A stretch of 43,244 bases of DNA, from IMG/VR virus record IMGVR_UViG_3300045988_091428, positions 1-43,244 of that record. One strand, given 5' to 3'. Numbering within the stretch: position 1 is the first letter of the stretch; every line of letters begins with the position of its first letter. A program made the position numbers and the translations under genes. Shown here piece by piece: positions 31,420 through 41,579 of the stretch. A model generated the notes under the pieces. It worked only from the letters and a program-made list of their open reading frames with translations. It made no database searches and was not told where the DNA came from. Source of the stretch: a virus.

Positions 31420-32415
31420 ATGGCAACAGGAACTGCACAATCGTTTTTAGTTCTCAATTATAGTGGACAAATTTTCGATAAAGCAAATATTGATACACCT
31501 TTAGTATCAATGTTACCAAGACGTGCTACATCATCTGTAGAGTTCGTTGTAAATTCTACTTACGCAAGTGAAAGTGCTTCTATGCCTGCAATTAGTGAAA
31601 CAGCTTCATTAACTGCACCAGAATCAACTTATGTAACACGTGCACAAGAAACAAACGTAGCACAAATTTTTCAATATACTACTGCTGTGTCTTACCAAAA
31701 ACAAGCTAATACAGGTACATTAGCAGGAGCAAATATCGCTGGACAAGCCAACAATGTTCCTAACGAATTTGACTTCCAAATGGCTCAAAAAACTAAAAAA
31801 GCTAGAAAAGATTTAGAGTACACATTAATCAATTCTACTTATAACAAAGCAACAGATGATAGCAAAATCAATAAAACTAGAGGTTTAATTGAAGCTATCA
31901 AAACTACAATTAAAGCTTTAGAAGATAAAGAATTAGATTATGACAATATCAGCGAAGTATTAAGAGCAATGTCTAAAGCAGGTGCTGATATGAACGGTTT
32001 AGTTATTATGTGTGACGCTATTGGTAAAGCACAAATTACTAACAACTTCTCTAAATTACCCGGTTTCTATTTACCACAATCTCGTACAGTTGGTGGTATC
32101 AATATTGACCAAATCGTTACACCAGCAGGTACAATCGGTGTAATGCAATATGACAATTTCTTACCATCTGGTACAGCTTTAATTGTTAATTTAGGTGTGT
32201 TATCAATCGTTGAAATGCCTATTCCTGGTAAGGGTAACTTCTTCTGGGAACCTTTAGCAAAAGTAGGAGCAGGTGACAAAGGTATGTTATATGGTACTGC
32301 TGGTTTAGATTATGGACCAGAATGGTATCATGCTAAAATTACAGGAATTGCTACTACTGTAACACCTTTAACACCTTCTAATGCGGCTGCTGAAACTTTA
32401 AACTTAACTAAATAA
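31420..32415 (+). CDS. major capsid protein
   Basis: 331 aa, AGGAGG RBS. Call rests on position after the scaffold and on size and composition. Confidence 0.7.
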   Translation: MATGTAQSFLVLNYSGQIFDKANIDTPLVSMLPRRATSSVEFVVNSTYASESASMPAISETASLTAPESTYVTRAQETNVAQIFQYTTAVSYQKQANTGTLAGANIAGQANNVPNEFDFQMAQKTKKARKDLEYTLINSTYNKATDDSKINKTRGLIEAIKTTIKALEDKELDYDNISEVLRAMSKAGADMNGLVIMCDAIGKAQITNNFSKLPGFYLPQSRTVGGINIDQIVTPAGTIGVMQYDNFLPSGTALIVNLGVLSIVEMPIPGKGNFFWEPLAKVGAGDKGMLYGTAGLDYGPEWYHAKITGIATTVTPLTPSNAAAETLNLTK

Positions 32416-32428
32416 GGAGGGATGAACC

Positions 32429-32752
32429 ATGTATGATATAGAAAAACAAAAGGCTAAAGTAAAAATCAAATATCCAGAGGCGAGTGACGCTCAAATCGAA
32501 TTGGAGTTAGATATGGCTAAAGATACTATCAATGACATACGTGGTTACATTTCTACTGATGAACAACCTATTGAAGATAGATACCTCAACTTGCAAATAA
32601 ACATGGTGGTTGAGGCTCTATCTAAATATGGTGCAGAAGGTGAAAAATCTCATAGCGACAATGGAGTATCAAGAGTTTATGATAATGCTTCTCCATATTC
32701 CAAAGCGCTATTGAGTAGAATTATTCCGTTAGGAACTTCTTTCAAGTCATGA
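32429..32752 (+). CDS. head-tail connector/adaptor (gp6-like, Phage_connect_1-type)
   Basis: 107 aa. The pattern ...YGAEGEKSHSDNGVSRVY...P... is typical of this family. Confidence 0.55.
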   Translation: MYDIEKQKAKVKIKYPEASDAQIELELDMAKDTINDIRGYISTDEQPIEDRYLNLQINMVVEALSKYGAEGEKSHSDNGVSRVYDNASPYSKALLSRIIPLGTSFKS

Positions 32753-33096
32753 GAACGCTTGAAAGAGATAAAAAAGCATTATATATTTGTGAGAAGATTA
32801 AGGATAGTGACCCTGTTCAATTTAAGCCACCTGTAGAGGTCAAATTGAATGTTGTAGCAACAACAAGTGAAGCTGATATAGTAGCTTTTGGTGACAGCTA
32901 TAAAGAATATCGTAGAGCTAAAATCTCCGTCAATGAACTTGACAAATTTAATGAGGGAGACAGAGCTTACATCTATGTAACTCCGCCATTAGTTCATGAT
33001 GTATTATGTGACACCGCTGATTTTGAAATCAAATCGGTATCTGACAGTATTTCACAAGCTTCAATTTTATTCAAGAGATTACAAATTGGCAAATAA
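32749..33096 (+). CDS. head closure / head-tail joining protein
   Basis: Called on position and size only. Confidence 0.35.
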   Translation: MRTLERDKKALYICEKIKDSDPVQFKPPVEVKLNVVATTSEADIVAFGDSYKEYRRAKISVNELDKFNEGDRAYIYVTPPLVHDVLCDTADFEIKSVSDSISQASILFKRLQIGK

Positions 33097-33157
33097 GGTT
33101 AGAAAGATTTCTCTTGACAGACAAGAGATAAAGAAAACTATCCAAGGCCTTCAAAAC

Positions 33158-33610
33158 ATGAAAAAAACGATACAAGGCTTTCCATCTGATATTGAGTCCG
33201 TATTGGATGAAGCCGTATTGTATTGTCAATCCTTAACGCCTATTTCAGACGGACAAGGACGACATTTAGTCTATAATACCTATTGGCAAAAGACACCAAA
33301 TGGCTACCGAATTGTACAAGAAGGCGAAAACGTTCTTTACGTAGAGTTTGGTACGGGACAAATGGGAAGCGAAACTCCTCATGATTTAGCTGGTAAACTA
33401 GGTTGGGTGTACGGAGTAGGGGAACATATCTTTACCACCAAAGATGGTAAAGTAGGATGGTTCTTTCCTACTGACAAGACAAGAACAAGCTATCGTTTTA
33501 CACAAGGTCAAAGAGCGAATATGCAAATGTATAAGACTGCTCAATGGCTTTCAAAAAGATTAAATAAAGAGGTTAAGATATTCGTAGAGAAGGTGGAACA
33601 ACAATGGTAA
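33158..33610 (+). CDS. HK97 gp10-family tail-component protein (start uncertain: ATG 33158 or TTG 33086)
   Basis: VEFGTGQMG motif. The track start at 32996 overlaps the previous gene by 100 nt. Confidence 0.5.
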   Translation: MKKTIQGFPSDIESVLDEAVLYCQSLTPISDGQGRHLVYNTYWQKTPNGYRIVQEGENVLYVEFGTGQMGSETPHDLAGKLGWVYGVGEHIFTTKDGKVGWFFPTDKTRTSYRFTQGQRANMQMYKTAQWLSKRLNKEVKIFVEKVEQQW

Positions 33611-34023
33611 GCATATTAGATGAAATTATTCAAAAAATTAAAGATAGTACGTTTACTGTGCCTTTTAAGGATGTTAGAGAACCTTATTCTACAAAACAAC
33701 CTGTTTATCCTATGATTACTGTTGAGGAAGTAACAAATACACCTCAACAACAAATCAATGGTAAAATCATTAGAAGTAACTTACACTATCGCTTTGAAAT
33801 TTATGGGCGTGATGTTTCAGTAAATGAAACCCTCATGAAAAAGCGTGAAGTAGTTACTACATTAGGAAATGAATTAGATACTATTATGAGAGAGACCTAT
33901 GGCATGAAAATGATAGGTACATATCAAATCTTGCCCTATGCCTCTGATAACAGTATTTTACGTTATATCGTTACCTATGGTGGTATCATAGATAACGAGA
34001 CAATGATTATTTATCAATTATAG
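33604..34023 (+). CDS. tail completion/terminator-like protein
   Basis: Called on position only. Confidence 0.3.
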   Translation: MVSILDEIIQKIKDSTFTVPFKDVREPYSTKQPVYPMITVEEVTNTPQQQINGKIIRSNLHYRFEIYGRDVSVNETLMKKREVVTTLGNELDTIMRETYGMKMIGTYQILPYASDNSILRYIVTYGGIIDNETMIIYQL

Positions 34024-34035
34024 GAGGTCAACTAT

Positions 34036-34482
34036 ATGGCACAATTAACGAAAGGTTTAACTTTAGAATGGGTTAAAAATACTGATGGTAATGCACCATC
34101 AACTGGATGGGCAAAAGTACCAGACGTTATTAAAATCCCTTCATTAGTTGGTACACCATCTACACATGATGTTACGACTATTTATGATAACATGAAAGTG
34201 TATATCGAAGGTTTAACTGACAACGGAGGTACATTAGGTTTCGGTGTCAACTTCACACCAGAAGTATTTGCAGAGGTTGGAAAAATTCAAACTGAACAAG
34301 CTAAAGATGATGTATGGTTCAGAGTAGGTATGCCTAAACCATTAAACAAAGCTTATGTATTTAGAGGTACAGCTTCAATTTTAGCAAATGATGAATGGAC
34401 ACCAGATAATCCAATGCAAGGTACTTTAAACCTTACTGCTACTTCAAGTGTAGAATTAGTAGATTATACACCAGCTGAATAA
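34036..34482 (+). CDS. major tail protein
   Basis: 148 aa, AGGAGG RBS, immediately upstream of the chaperone pair and tape measure. Confidence 0.55.
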   Translation: MAQLTKGLTLEWVKNTDGNAPSTGWAKVPDVIKIPSLVGTPSTHDVTTIYDNMKVYIEGLTDNGGTLGFGVNFTPEVFAEVGKIQTEQAKDDVWFRVGMPKPLNKAYVFRGTASILANDEWTPDNPMQGTLNLTATSSVELVDYTPAE

Positions 34483-34512
34483 TAAATAGATTAAATTATA
34501 GGAGGTAATGGC

Positions 34513-34845
34513 ATGAGTTACATTGATATTGAAAGAAAAATTGGTGATGAAGCCAAAACAATTAAATTAGAATATGATAGAGCGTCTATCATTGAAATGG
34601 AAAAGATGGGTTACAATGCGGTCAACCCTTCTGATAAAATCTATACTAACTATGAAATCCTTGTTTATGGGGCAATGCTAAAACATCAACCTAAAACAAC
34701 ATGGAAAGACGGAATTGAATTTGCCAATTTCATGAAAACAGAATATGGTATGATGGATACTATTGAAAACCTAAATGAGATGGTGAATGAAGTTTTTACA
34801 CTAGAGGGGAAAAGCGGAAAGAAACTAGTTCGCAAGGGGAAATAG
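34513..34845 (+). CDS. tail assembly chaperone (gpG-like)
   Basis: Position upstream of the tape measure. An overlapping -1 frame ORF is present. Confidence 0.65.
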   Translation: MSYIDIERKIGDEAKTIKLEYDRASIIEMEKMGYNAVNPSDKIYTNYEILVYGAMLKHQPKTTWKDGIEFANFMKTEYGMMDTIENLNEMVNEVFTLEGKSGKKLVRKGK

Positions 34846-35282
34846 ATAATTCTCAAAAACCCTCATATGAAAATGCGAGTGAATTATTTAATGAACTGTT
34901 CACTCAATCTATTATTATTAATATGCCTTACGATTTATTCTGGCACGGTGAACCGTCTCTTTACTTCAATTATCTTGACGCTTACAATAAGCAACGTGAT
35001 GATGAAAATGAAGCCTTTGTTCATAAGGAGAATTTCAAAGCATGGCTTCAAGGATATTATGTAGATTATGCTTTAGCTTGTAATCATCCTTTCGCTAAAA
35101 AGAAAGAACCTTATCTTAAAGAACCTATCCCTATGAAGGATGAAAAGAAAGAGGTCAAAAAAGAAGTTGAAAGAGAAAGCGGATTAACTGAAAAAGAAGA
35201 AAAAGAAGCTATAGCGCAATTTATGGCTTTCGGTCAACTCGTAGAGGTTATGAATAATAAGCGTAAAGAGAACGGTAAATAA
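34791..35282 (+). CDS. gpT-like extension, expressed as a G-T fusion by -1 frameshift
   Basis: The -1 frame is open from 34791 across the G stop to 35282. There is no RBS before ATG 34923. GGGGAAA occurs at 34806-34812 and 34836-34842. Confidence 0.55.
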   Translation, partial: SFYTRGEKRKETSSQGEIDNSQKPSYENASELFNELFTQSIIINMPYDLFWHGEPSLYFNYLDAYNKQRDDENEAFVHKENFKAWLQGYYVDYALACNHPFAKKKEPYLKEPIPMKDEKKEVKKEVERESGLTEKEEKEAIAQFMAFGQLVEVMNNKRKENGK

Positions 35283-35321
35283 TATCGTTCTCTATTTTAT
35301 TTTTAGAAAGGAGTGGACAAA

Positions 35322-38300
35322 ATGGCAGAAGTAGATAAATTGACATTGGAGATTGAAGATAAAGCTACTAAATCTACTGAAGGAATAGATACTCTTATTA
35401 CTAAATTAGAAAAATTAGAGAAACAAATGGACACCACAGTTCCTAAAATGCAAAAATTAACCAATGCCTTTGGAGGTTTAAACACAACAACTCAAAAAAC
35501 AAAAACATCCACATCTGGGGTGGGGGCAGGTGGAACACAAGATAGTAATACGTTAGCCTTAAATAAATTAGGTAGAGCGGTCAATTTTACGGCTCTTACT
35601 GCAGGTGCTTATAAAGCTGGTCAAGCTTTTTCAAAATTATTAGGAGTAGCAAATGATTATATTGAAACTCAAAACCTCTTTGGAGTCGTTATGGGTAACT
35701 CAACAAGACAAGCATGGAACTATGTACAATCTCTTGAAAGTATCGGTGTCAATCAAGAAGAAGCTATGCGTTATCAAGCTTCATTCTATGATTTAGCAAA
35801 TTCATTAGGTGTCTCATCTAAAAATGCCTATACATTATCTACACAATTTACTAAATTAGCGTACGACTATGCTTCTTTATACAATAAGGACCCAGACGCT
35901 ATGTTCCAAAAATTACAAGCTGGTATCACAGGTACTGTAGAACCATTGCGTAGATTAGGTAAGGACGTTTCAGAAGTAAGATTACAAGAAACCGCAAGAC
36001 GTTTAGGTATCAATGCAAGTGTTCGTGATATGACACAAGCACAAAAAACCGAATTGCGTTTTATAGCAATCATGGAACAATCAAAGAGTGCTATGAACGA
36101 TATGGAACGTACAATCGACCAACCCGCCAATGCGTTGAGAGTGTTGAGAGCACAATTAACATCTTTAGCAAGAGAGTTCGGTTCACTATTCATTCCTGCA
36201 TTAAGTGCTGTATTACCTTATTTGATTGCATTTATCAAATTCATAAGAACCCTCGTGGCCGATATTGCAGGTTTCTTTGGGGTAAAATTAAAAGCTATTG
36301 ATTTTAGTGGAGTCAATTCACAAATCAATAATACCGCCAAAGGTACAGGAGATACAGCGAAAAATCTTAAAAAATCGGCTGATAATGCAAAGAAATTGAA
36401 AGATTATATTCTAGGTATTGATGAATTAAATGTGTTGAATGATGATGGCTCTGTAAGTCGTGACACAGGGGCAAGTGGAGCTGCTTCTGGTGGAGGAAGC
36501 GTAGGAGATTTAGGGTTGGATTTATCTGATTATGGATATGATACATTATTAGATGATGTCAATTCAAAAGCTGATGAAATTTATAAGACACTCATGAAAT
36601 GGAAAACTCCTTTAGCAATCGCTGCTGGTATATTAGCAGGACTTTGGACAATAGGTGCTATTACTAATTTCATTAGAGCATTGAAAGGCGTACAAACAAC
36701 ATCTAACCTCATTGCAGGTGTTCAAGGTATAGGCGGTCTTGCTAGAGCGTTCTTTGATTTAGCAGGAACAGGTGGTGTTTTAGGTACTGTTGCTACCGCT
36801 TTCGTAGGTTTAGGAGATACAATTCTTACATCTATGGGATTTACTATAGGTAGTACATTGGTTGCAGGACTTACAGGTTTAGGAGTGGTTTTAGCAGGTG
36901 TAGGATTAGTTGCTTTAGCTGTACATCATGAAATGCAACCTGCCGTACAACAAATAGATGAATTAGAAGGCGTAAGCGATAAAGCCAAAAAGAAATTAGA
37001 ACCTTTCCTAGAAACATGGAAATCGGCAACTAAAACACTTACTAAAATTGATATGAGCGGTCTTATTAGTGATAAAGATATTGATACTTTACAAAAGAAA
37101 GCTAAAAAAATGCACGACTCCGTTATTAGCGAATTGGATAGTGATAAGAATGAAGAATTGAAAAATCTTTCTATGATGAAAGGATTGAAAAATGTAACCG
37201 AAGAAGAATACAACGAGTTATTAAATTCAACAAATACTTATTACGAAGATACCACTAAAAAAGTAGAAAACGCACAAGCACAAATCAATGAGATTACTGA
37301 AAAATATAGAGGTAAGAACATTGAAATGACACAAGAAGATAGAGATAAATTAACTGAACTCTATAACCAAATCGGTGAAGCAGGTGTAACTGCCATGAGT
37401 GAAAGTGAACAAGAACAAACAAAAATCCTTAATAGATTGAAATATAATCAAACAGCGCTTACAATAGAAGCAGGAAGTGAAATGCTTCAAGAAGCTAAAA
37501 AGAACCATGACAAGTCTATTCAAGAAGCCGAAGATTATCATGCTACCGCATTGGCTAACCTTGAAAAGAGATATGACAATGGTAATGGTATGACTAAAGA
37601 AGAATATGATAAACAAAAAGGTATTATCGACAAAGCATACAATGAAATGATTACTAAAGCTGACACTAAATATAATGATATTAACAATAAAGTTAAATCT
37701 AAATTAGGAGACCAATATAGATATATTGATGAAGATACAGGTAAAATCAAAACTAAATGGCAAATTCATTGGGAAGATTTAAAAACTACAGTAGGTAATG
37801 GGGTAAAAAGTATATCTAAAACATGGAATGGTATCTGGGGTGGATTGACAACGTGGAATCAAGATTTTGTAAATGGTTTTTGTGGAGTATTCAATAGTAT
37901 CGGTGATTGGCTAGATAAAAAAGTTAAAAGCTTAACAAAAACATGGAATAACTTCTGGAAAGGTTTGGACGCTTACAAGAAGCAATTCAAATTTACCGAC
38001 CCTACAACATGGATTTCATGGAGTAGTATGGAAGCTAATATGGGATTAGATGTTCCTGTAACTTATTACGGTACTAATTCTATGCAAAATCCAACAGTTA
38101 CTGCTTTTGCTAGAGGTGGTTTCGTTCCCGCCAATGCAAGTTTCGTATCGCCTAACCAAAATCTATGGACTGCTGGTGAAGCAGGACGAGAACTCGTAGG
38201 AAACTACAACGGAAGAACAACTGTAATGCCTCTTGAAGATACAGGCTTTGTAGAAGCTATTTATCAAGCAACTAGAGAAGCCGTTATAAGCGCTATGAGT

Positions 38301-38423
38301 CAAACTAATAAAGAAAACCCTGTAAGAGTAGAAAGCAGAGTTTATCTTGACAGTAGAGAAATCAAGAGTGCTGTAACTACACAAGATGTAATTCAAGCTA
38401 ACGGATTTATTAAAAGAAGATAG
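35322..38423 (+). CDS. tape measure protein
   Basis: About 1033 aa, with coiled-coil and Gly-rich TM-like central segments. Start set at the ATG 8 nt after AAAGGAG. Confidence 0.85.
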   Translation: MAEVDKLTLEIEDKATKSTEGIDTLITKLEKLEKQMDTTVPKMQKLTNAFGGLNTTTQKTKTSTSGVGAGGTQDSNTLALNKLGRAVNFTALTAGAYKAGQAFSKLLGVANDYIETQNLFGVVMGNSTRQAWNYVQSLESIGVNQEEAMRYQASFYDLANSLGVSSKNAYTLSTQFTKLAYDYASLYNKDPDAMFQKLQAGITGTVEPLRRLGKDVSEVRLQETARRLGINASVRDMTQAQKTELRFIAIMEQSKSAMNDMERTIDQPANALRVLRAQLTSLAREFGSLFIPALSAVLPYLIAFIKFIRTLVADIAGFFGVKLKAIDFSGVNSQINNTAKGTGDTAKNLKKSADNAKKLKDYILGIDELNVLNDDGSVSRDTGASGAASGGGSVGDLGLDLSDYGYDTLLDDVNSKADEIYKTLMKWKTPLAIAAGILAGLWTIGAITNFIRALKGVQTTSNLIAGVQGIGGLARAFFDLAGTGGVLGTVATAFVGLGDTILTSMGFTIGSTLVAGLTGLGVVLAGVGLVALAVHHEMQPAVQQIDELEGVSDKAKKKLEPFLETWKSATKTLTKIDMSGLISDKDIDTLQKKAKKMHDSVISELDSDKNEELKNLSMMKGLKNVTEEEYNELLNSTNTYYEDTTKKVENAQAQINEITEKYRGKNIEMTQEDRDKLTELYNQIGEAGVTAMSESEQEQTKILNRLKYNQTALTIEAGSEMLQEAKKNHDKSIQEAEDYHATALANLEKRYDNGNGMTKEEYDKQKGIIDKAYNEMITKADTKYNDINNKVKSKLGDQYRYIDEDTGKIKTKWQIHWEDLKTTVGNGVKSISKTWNGIWGGLTTWNQDFVNGFCGVFNSIGDWLDKKVKSLTKTWNNFWKGLDAYKKQFKFTDPTTWISWSSMEANMGLDVPVTYYGTNSMQNPTVTAFARGGFVPANASFVSPNQNLWTAGEAGRELVGNYNGRTTVMPLEDTGFVEAIYQATREAVISAMSQTNKENPVRVESRVYLDSREIKSAVTTQDVIQANGFIKRR

Positions 38424-38434
38424 GAGGAATGGTT

Positions 38435-38815
38435 ATGAGTGCACCCTTTATTAAAATTAACGGAGTGCCTCTACCTGCCCCTAAAAAAGGTTTAGAATAT
38501 GTTGTAACTACAACAGTTGACTCTGGACGTAACGCTAACGCACAGGTCACAGGTAGTAAGGTAGGTAGAGACCAATTAAAATTGAATAATCTAGAATGGG
38601 CACATTTAGACGCAGGCACATGGAGTAGAGCATTAAGAGAATTTGAAAAATTCAAGTGCTATATCGAAGTGGTCGACCCTGTTACTCTCACATGGATTGG
38701 TCGTTATTTCTATCCAGGTGATAGGACATTCACTCTTTGGAAAGTAGATAAAGAAACAGGTATGCCTTTGGAATATGTGGATTGTAAATGCAACTTGATT
38801 GATATGGGGTATTAG
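38435..38815 (+). CDS. putative distal tail protein
   Basis: Position after the tape measure. Start set at the ATG 7 nt after AGGAGG. Confidence 0.4.
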   Translation: MSAPFIKINGVPLPAPKKGLEYVVTTTVDSGRNANAQVTGSKVGRDQLKLNNLEWAHLDAGTWSRALREFEKFKCYIEVVDPVTLTWIGRYFYPGDRTFTLWKVDKETGMPLEYVDCKCNLIDMGY

Positions 38816-38817
38816 AT

Positions 38818-41163
38818 ATGTTAAAAACAAGTCAAAGATTTTTAGATGAAATGAATGAACCATTTAAAAATAAATGGTTAGGCAAAGTCATTATAGGTGC
38901 GGTAAGTCAAAATTTAATGTTATATGGTAAATTAACAACGGATGAAACTCTACATCCATTATCCGCACCTTTAAGTGATTTACTTGAAATGAAAGATTAT
39001 GTACCTATAGCATTATTCCAAAAAGATTACACACCAGCAAATGGTGAGAGTGTATTTTATTCACCAAAAAATTATAGTGGGGTAGTATTTCCTAAAACTC
39101 TTGAAAAAGGAACGAGTGTCAAAATCAAATATACAATAGATAAAACATATATCAATAGAACTGTAGATGAATTGATATTTGATTTTGACAGTAACTATCC
39201 TAGAACAGTTACTATAAGCTATGATGTCTATACATTCCCTTCATATCGTACAGAAACAAAAACTTTTACCAACGAGGGATATAGATTTAAAATAAGAGAA
39301 GAATTTGAAGATATTTCATTTTTAGAAATTACTTTCTCTGATTTTGCTAATGATAATATGCTTATTATAAAAGATATGATGTTCGGTGAAATTTTAGTTT
39401 ATGACAATGATGATTTATCAGATGGAAATGCAATTACTTATGATGAAGCTATTTTCTATAAGAGTGATGAATTACCTTATAAGAAAGCTAATATTATTAT
39501 TAACAATCAAGACCAAAGGTTTGACATAGAAAACCCTAATAATGAAATAGAACTTCTAGAAAAAGGACAAGATATTTATATCATGTTCGGTTATGAATTT
39601 GCGGATGGCACACAAGAATTTATCAAAACTCAAAAACTATTGGTAGACTCATGGAGTGTAAATGAACAAACATTGAATATAAGCTGTATTGATAGATTAA
39701 ATGATTTAGGTGACAGTATAGAAATAGATTGGGTAAATGATGGTACATCTACACATAGAGAAAGTATAAATAAATCCTTAACGGAAGGATATGAAGATTA
39801 TTTCAATCTTTCTAATTATTCTTATACTATTCCTGCAAACAATCCTATAATCTATAATGGATATAGAAAACAAGGATTGCTTATGAGCGCTCTTACTTAT
39901 CTAGAATATTTAAAAATTGATGAAAATGATATTGTATCTTCTAAAAACGCTTATTTTGATTTATATTTAAGCGGAGGTACTAATGCTTCAATATCTAATG
40001 GGGAAAGTTTAAGAGATTATTATAATACAGATGTCAAATATTGGAGAAACTATGCTACTTTTGAAAAGAATTATGCAAAAGCTGATGGTAGTTTCATTAC
40101 TCCAATTAATGCAAATCAAGAATTTACAGGTTTTATAGGGAGATATTTAACAAATGAAAATAATGTTTTTGAACAAGAAAATCAAATTGATATGTATTTC
40201 AATTATAAAGTACCTTATTATATTTCATGTTTTTTTGTTAAAGGTTTTGCACCTACATCTTATAGATATGAAGTGTATGGATATAGTAATGCCTTATTAG
40301 ACAATCCTATTTTGGTTTACAGTAGTAATACGATAGAAAATACAAATAATGAAACGCTTGTAATTGACTTAAATATATCTAACAATTATAATAATCATGT
40401 AGTATATATGGTAAGATTTATACCTTTAGGAATGGATAAACCTCATGTTACTGTTCATTTGAAATATGTTATATTGGACAAACTAGAAGGTTATAAAATC
40501 AATCCTAACCAATATAGTGAATATTACCCACAAGTAACTTTAGATACAGGAATTAAATATTTGATAATGAATTTAACAGGTTATAGTCAAGGAACGGAAA
40601 GAACAAAGGTATTTGAAAAACAATTATCATTTAGTCTTTACGAACGAAGTGAAATCGTTGAACTTGACAATCCTGTAAGTTTCAATTCTAAAAATGAAGA
40701 AGTAGGATTTAATGAAAGCGGAAGTCTTGTTCAAGATGATGGTAATGTTATTGTAGAGCATATACCTGGTAAGTCTAAACATGTTAAATTGACATGGAAA
40801 GATACGTCTACAACATACCCAGATTATACAATCACTCTTTATGGTAAACCTTATTCTTCTTATAGTAGTGAAGATGGACAACCTATAGGAAAAATAGGTG
40901 AGACATATCAAATTACCAATAATATGTTACCGCCTACTCCTACAACAACGAATATGATGTTACCGTATGGATTGTATTATCGTGAAGATTTAAAAAATAA
41001 GAAGTACAGTTTTGATTATATGGGAAACCCTGCATTAGAGGTAGGAGACCTTATTTATATTGAAACTAAACATGAACATGATGTACTTATTAGAATAGAA
41101 AAAGCTTCTTTGACATTCAACGCTGGAGGTTTAAGAGGTAACATAGAAGGGAGAAAGATATAA
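38818..41163 (+). CDS. tail-associated/baseplate hub-like protein
   Basis: 781 aa. Called on position after the Dit-like gene. Confidence 0.45.
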   Translation: MLKTSQRFLDEMNEPFKNKWLGKVIIGAVSQNLMLYGKLTTDETLHPLSAPLSDLLEMKDYVPIALFQKDYTPANGESVFYSPKNYSGVVFPKTLEKGTSVKIKYTIDKTYINRTVDELIFDFDSNYPRTVTISYDVYTFPSYRTETKTFTNEGYRFKIREEFEDISFLEITFSDFANDNMLIIKDMMFGEILVYDNDDLSDGNAITYDEAIFYKSDELPYKKANIIINNQDQRFDIENPNNEIELLEKGQDIYIMFGYEFADGTQEFIKTQKLLVDSWSVNEQTLNISCIDRLNDLGDSIEIDWVNDGTSTHRESINKSLTEGYEDYFNLSNYSYTIPANNPIIYNGYRKQGLLMSALTYLEYLKIDENDIVSSKNAYFDLYLSGGTNASISNGESLRDYYNTDVKYWRNYATFEKNYAKADGSFITPINANQEFTGFIGRYLTNENNVFEQENQIDMYFNYKVPYYISCFFVKGFAPTSYRYEVYGYSNALLDNPILVYSSNTIENTNNETLVIDLNISNNYNNHVVYMVRFIPLGMDKPHVTVHLKYVILDKLEGYKINPNQYSEYYPQVTLDTGIKYLIMNLTGYSQGTERTKVFEKQLSFSLYERSEIVELDNPVSFNSKNEEVGFNESGSLVQDDGNVIVEHIPGKSKHVKLTWKDTSTTYPDYTITLYGKPYSSYSSEDGQPIGKIGETYQITNNMLPPTPTTTNMMLPYGLYYREDLKNKKYSFDYMGNPALEVGDLIYIETKHEHDVLIRIEKASLTFNAGGLRGNIEGRKI

Positions 41164-41579
41164 TGGCAAATATGATTACACCTAAAACGAATTGGACTCC
41201 CAATGATTATATCAATATAGAAGATTATAATAGGATTATTAATAACTTGTGGTATATTACGACCGAGTTATTAGAACCCTATTATGATTTCGATGATAGT
41301 TTTAAAAATCTTATAAATCATCAAGTAACCTATAGTGATTATCCTACTGCCGACAGATGGAATTTAATTGAGGACAGTATAGAAAAAATAGTAAATGTAA
41401 CAGGTGGCATTGTAGACACAGGAAACAAAAAGATTTTTGCAGATGGTGGAACGTATATAGACTATAACGAATTAAATCGTATAGAAAGTTTCACAGTAAA
41501 ATGTAGAAATCTACATAGTAATATCGTTAAAAAGACATTGCCATTTACATTGGGAACTTATGGAGGTATTCAAGTATGA
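41163..41579 (+). CDS. hypothetical tail-fibre module protein
   Basis: Called on position only. Confidence 0.35.
   Translation: MANMITPKTNWTPNDYINIEDYNRIINNLWYITTELLEPYYDFDDSFKNLINHQVTYSDYPTADRWNLIEDSIEKIVNVTGGIVDTGNKKIFADGGTYIDYNELNRIESFTVKCRNLHSNIVKKTLPFTLGTYGGIQV

Noticed and set aside
34867-35064. 65-aa plus-strand ORF between the chaperone genes
   Set aside because: It overlaps the -1 frame gpT-like extension, is hydrophobic and low in complexity, and has no RBS.
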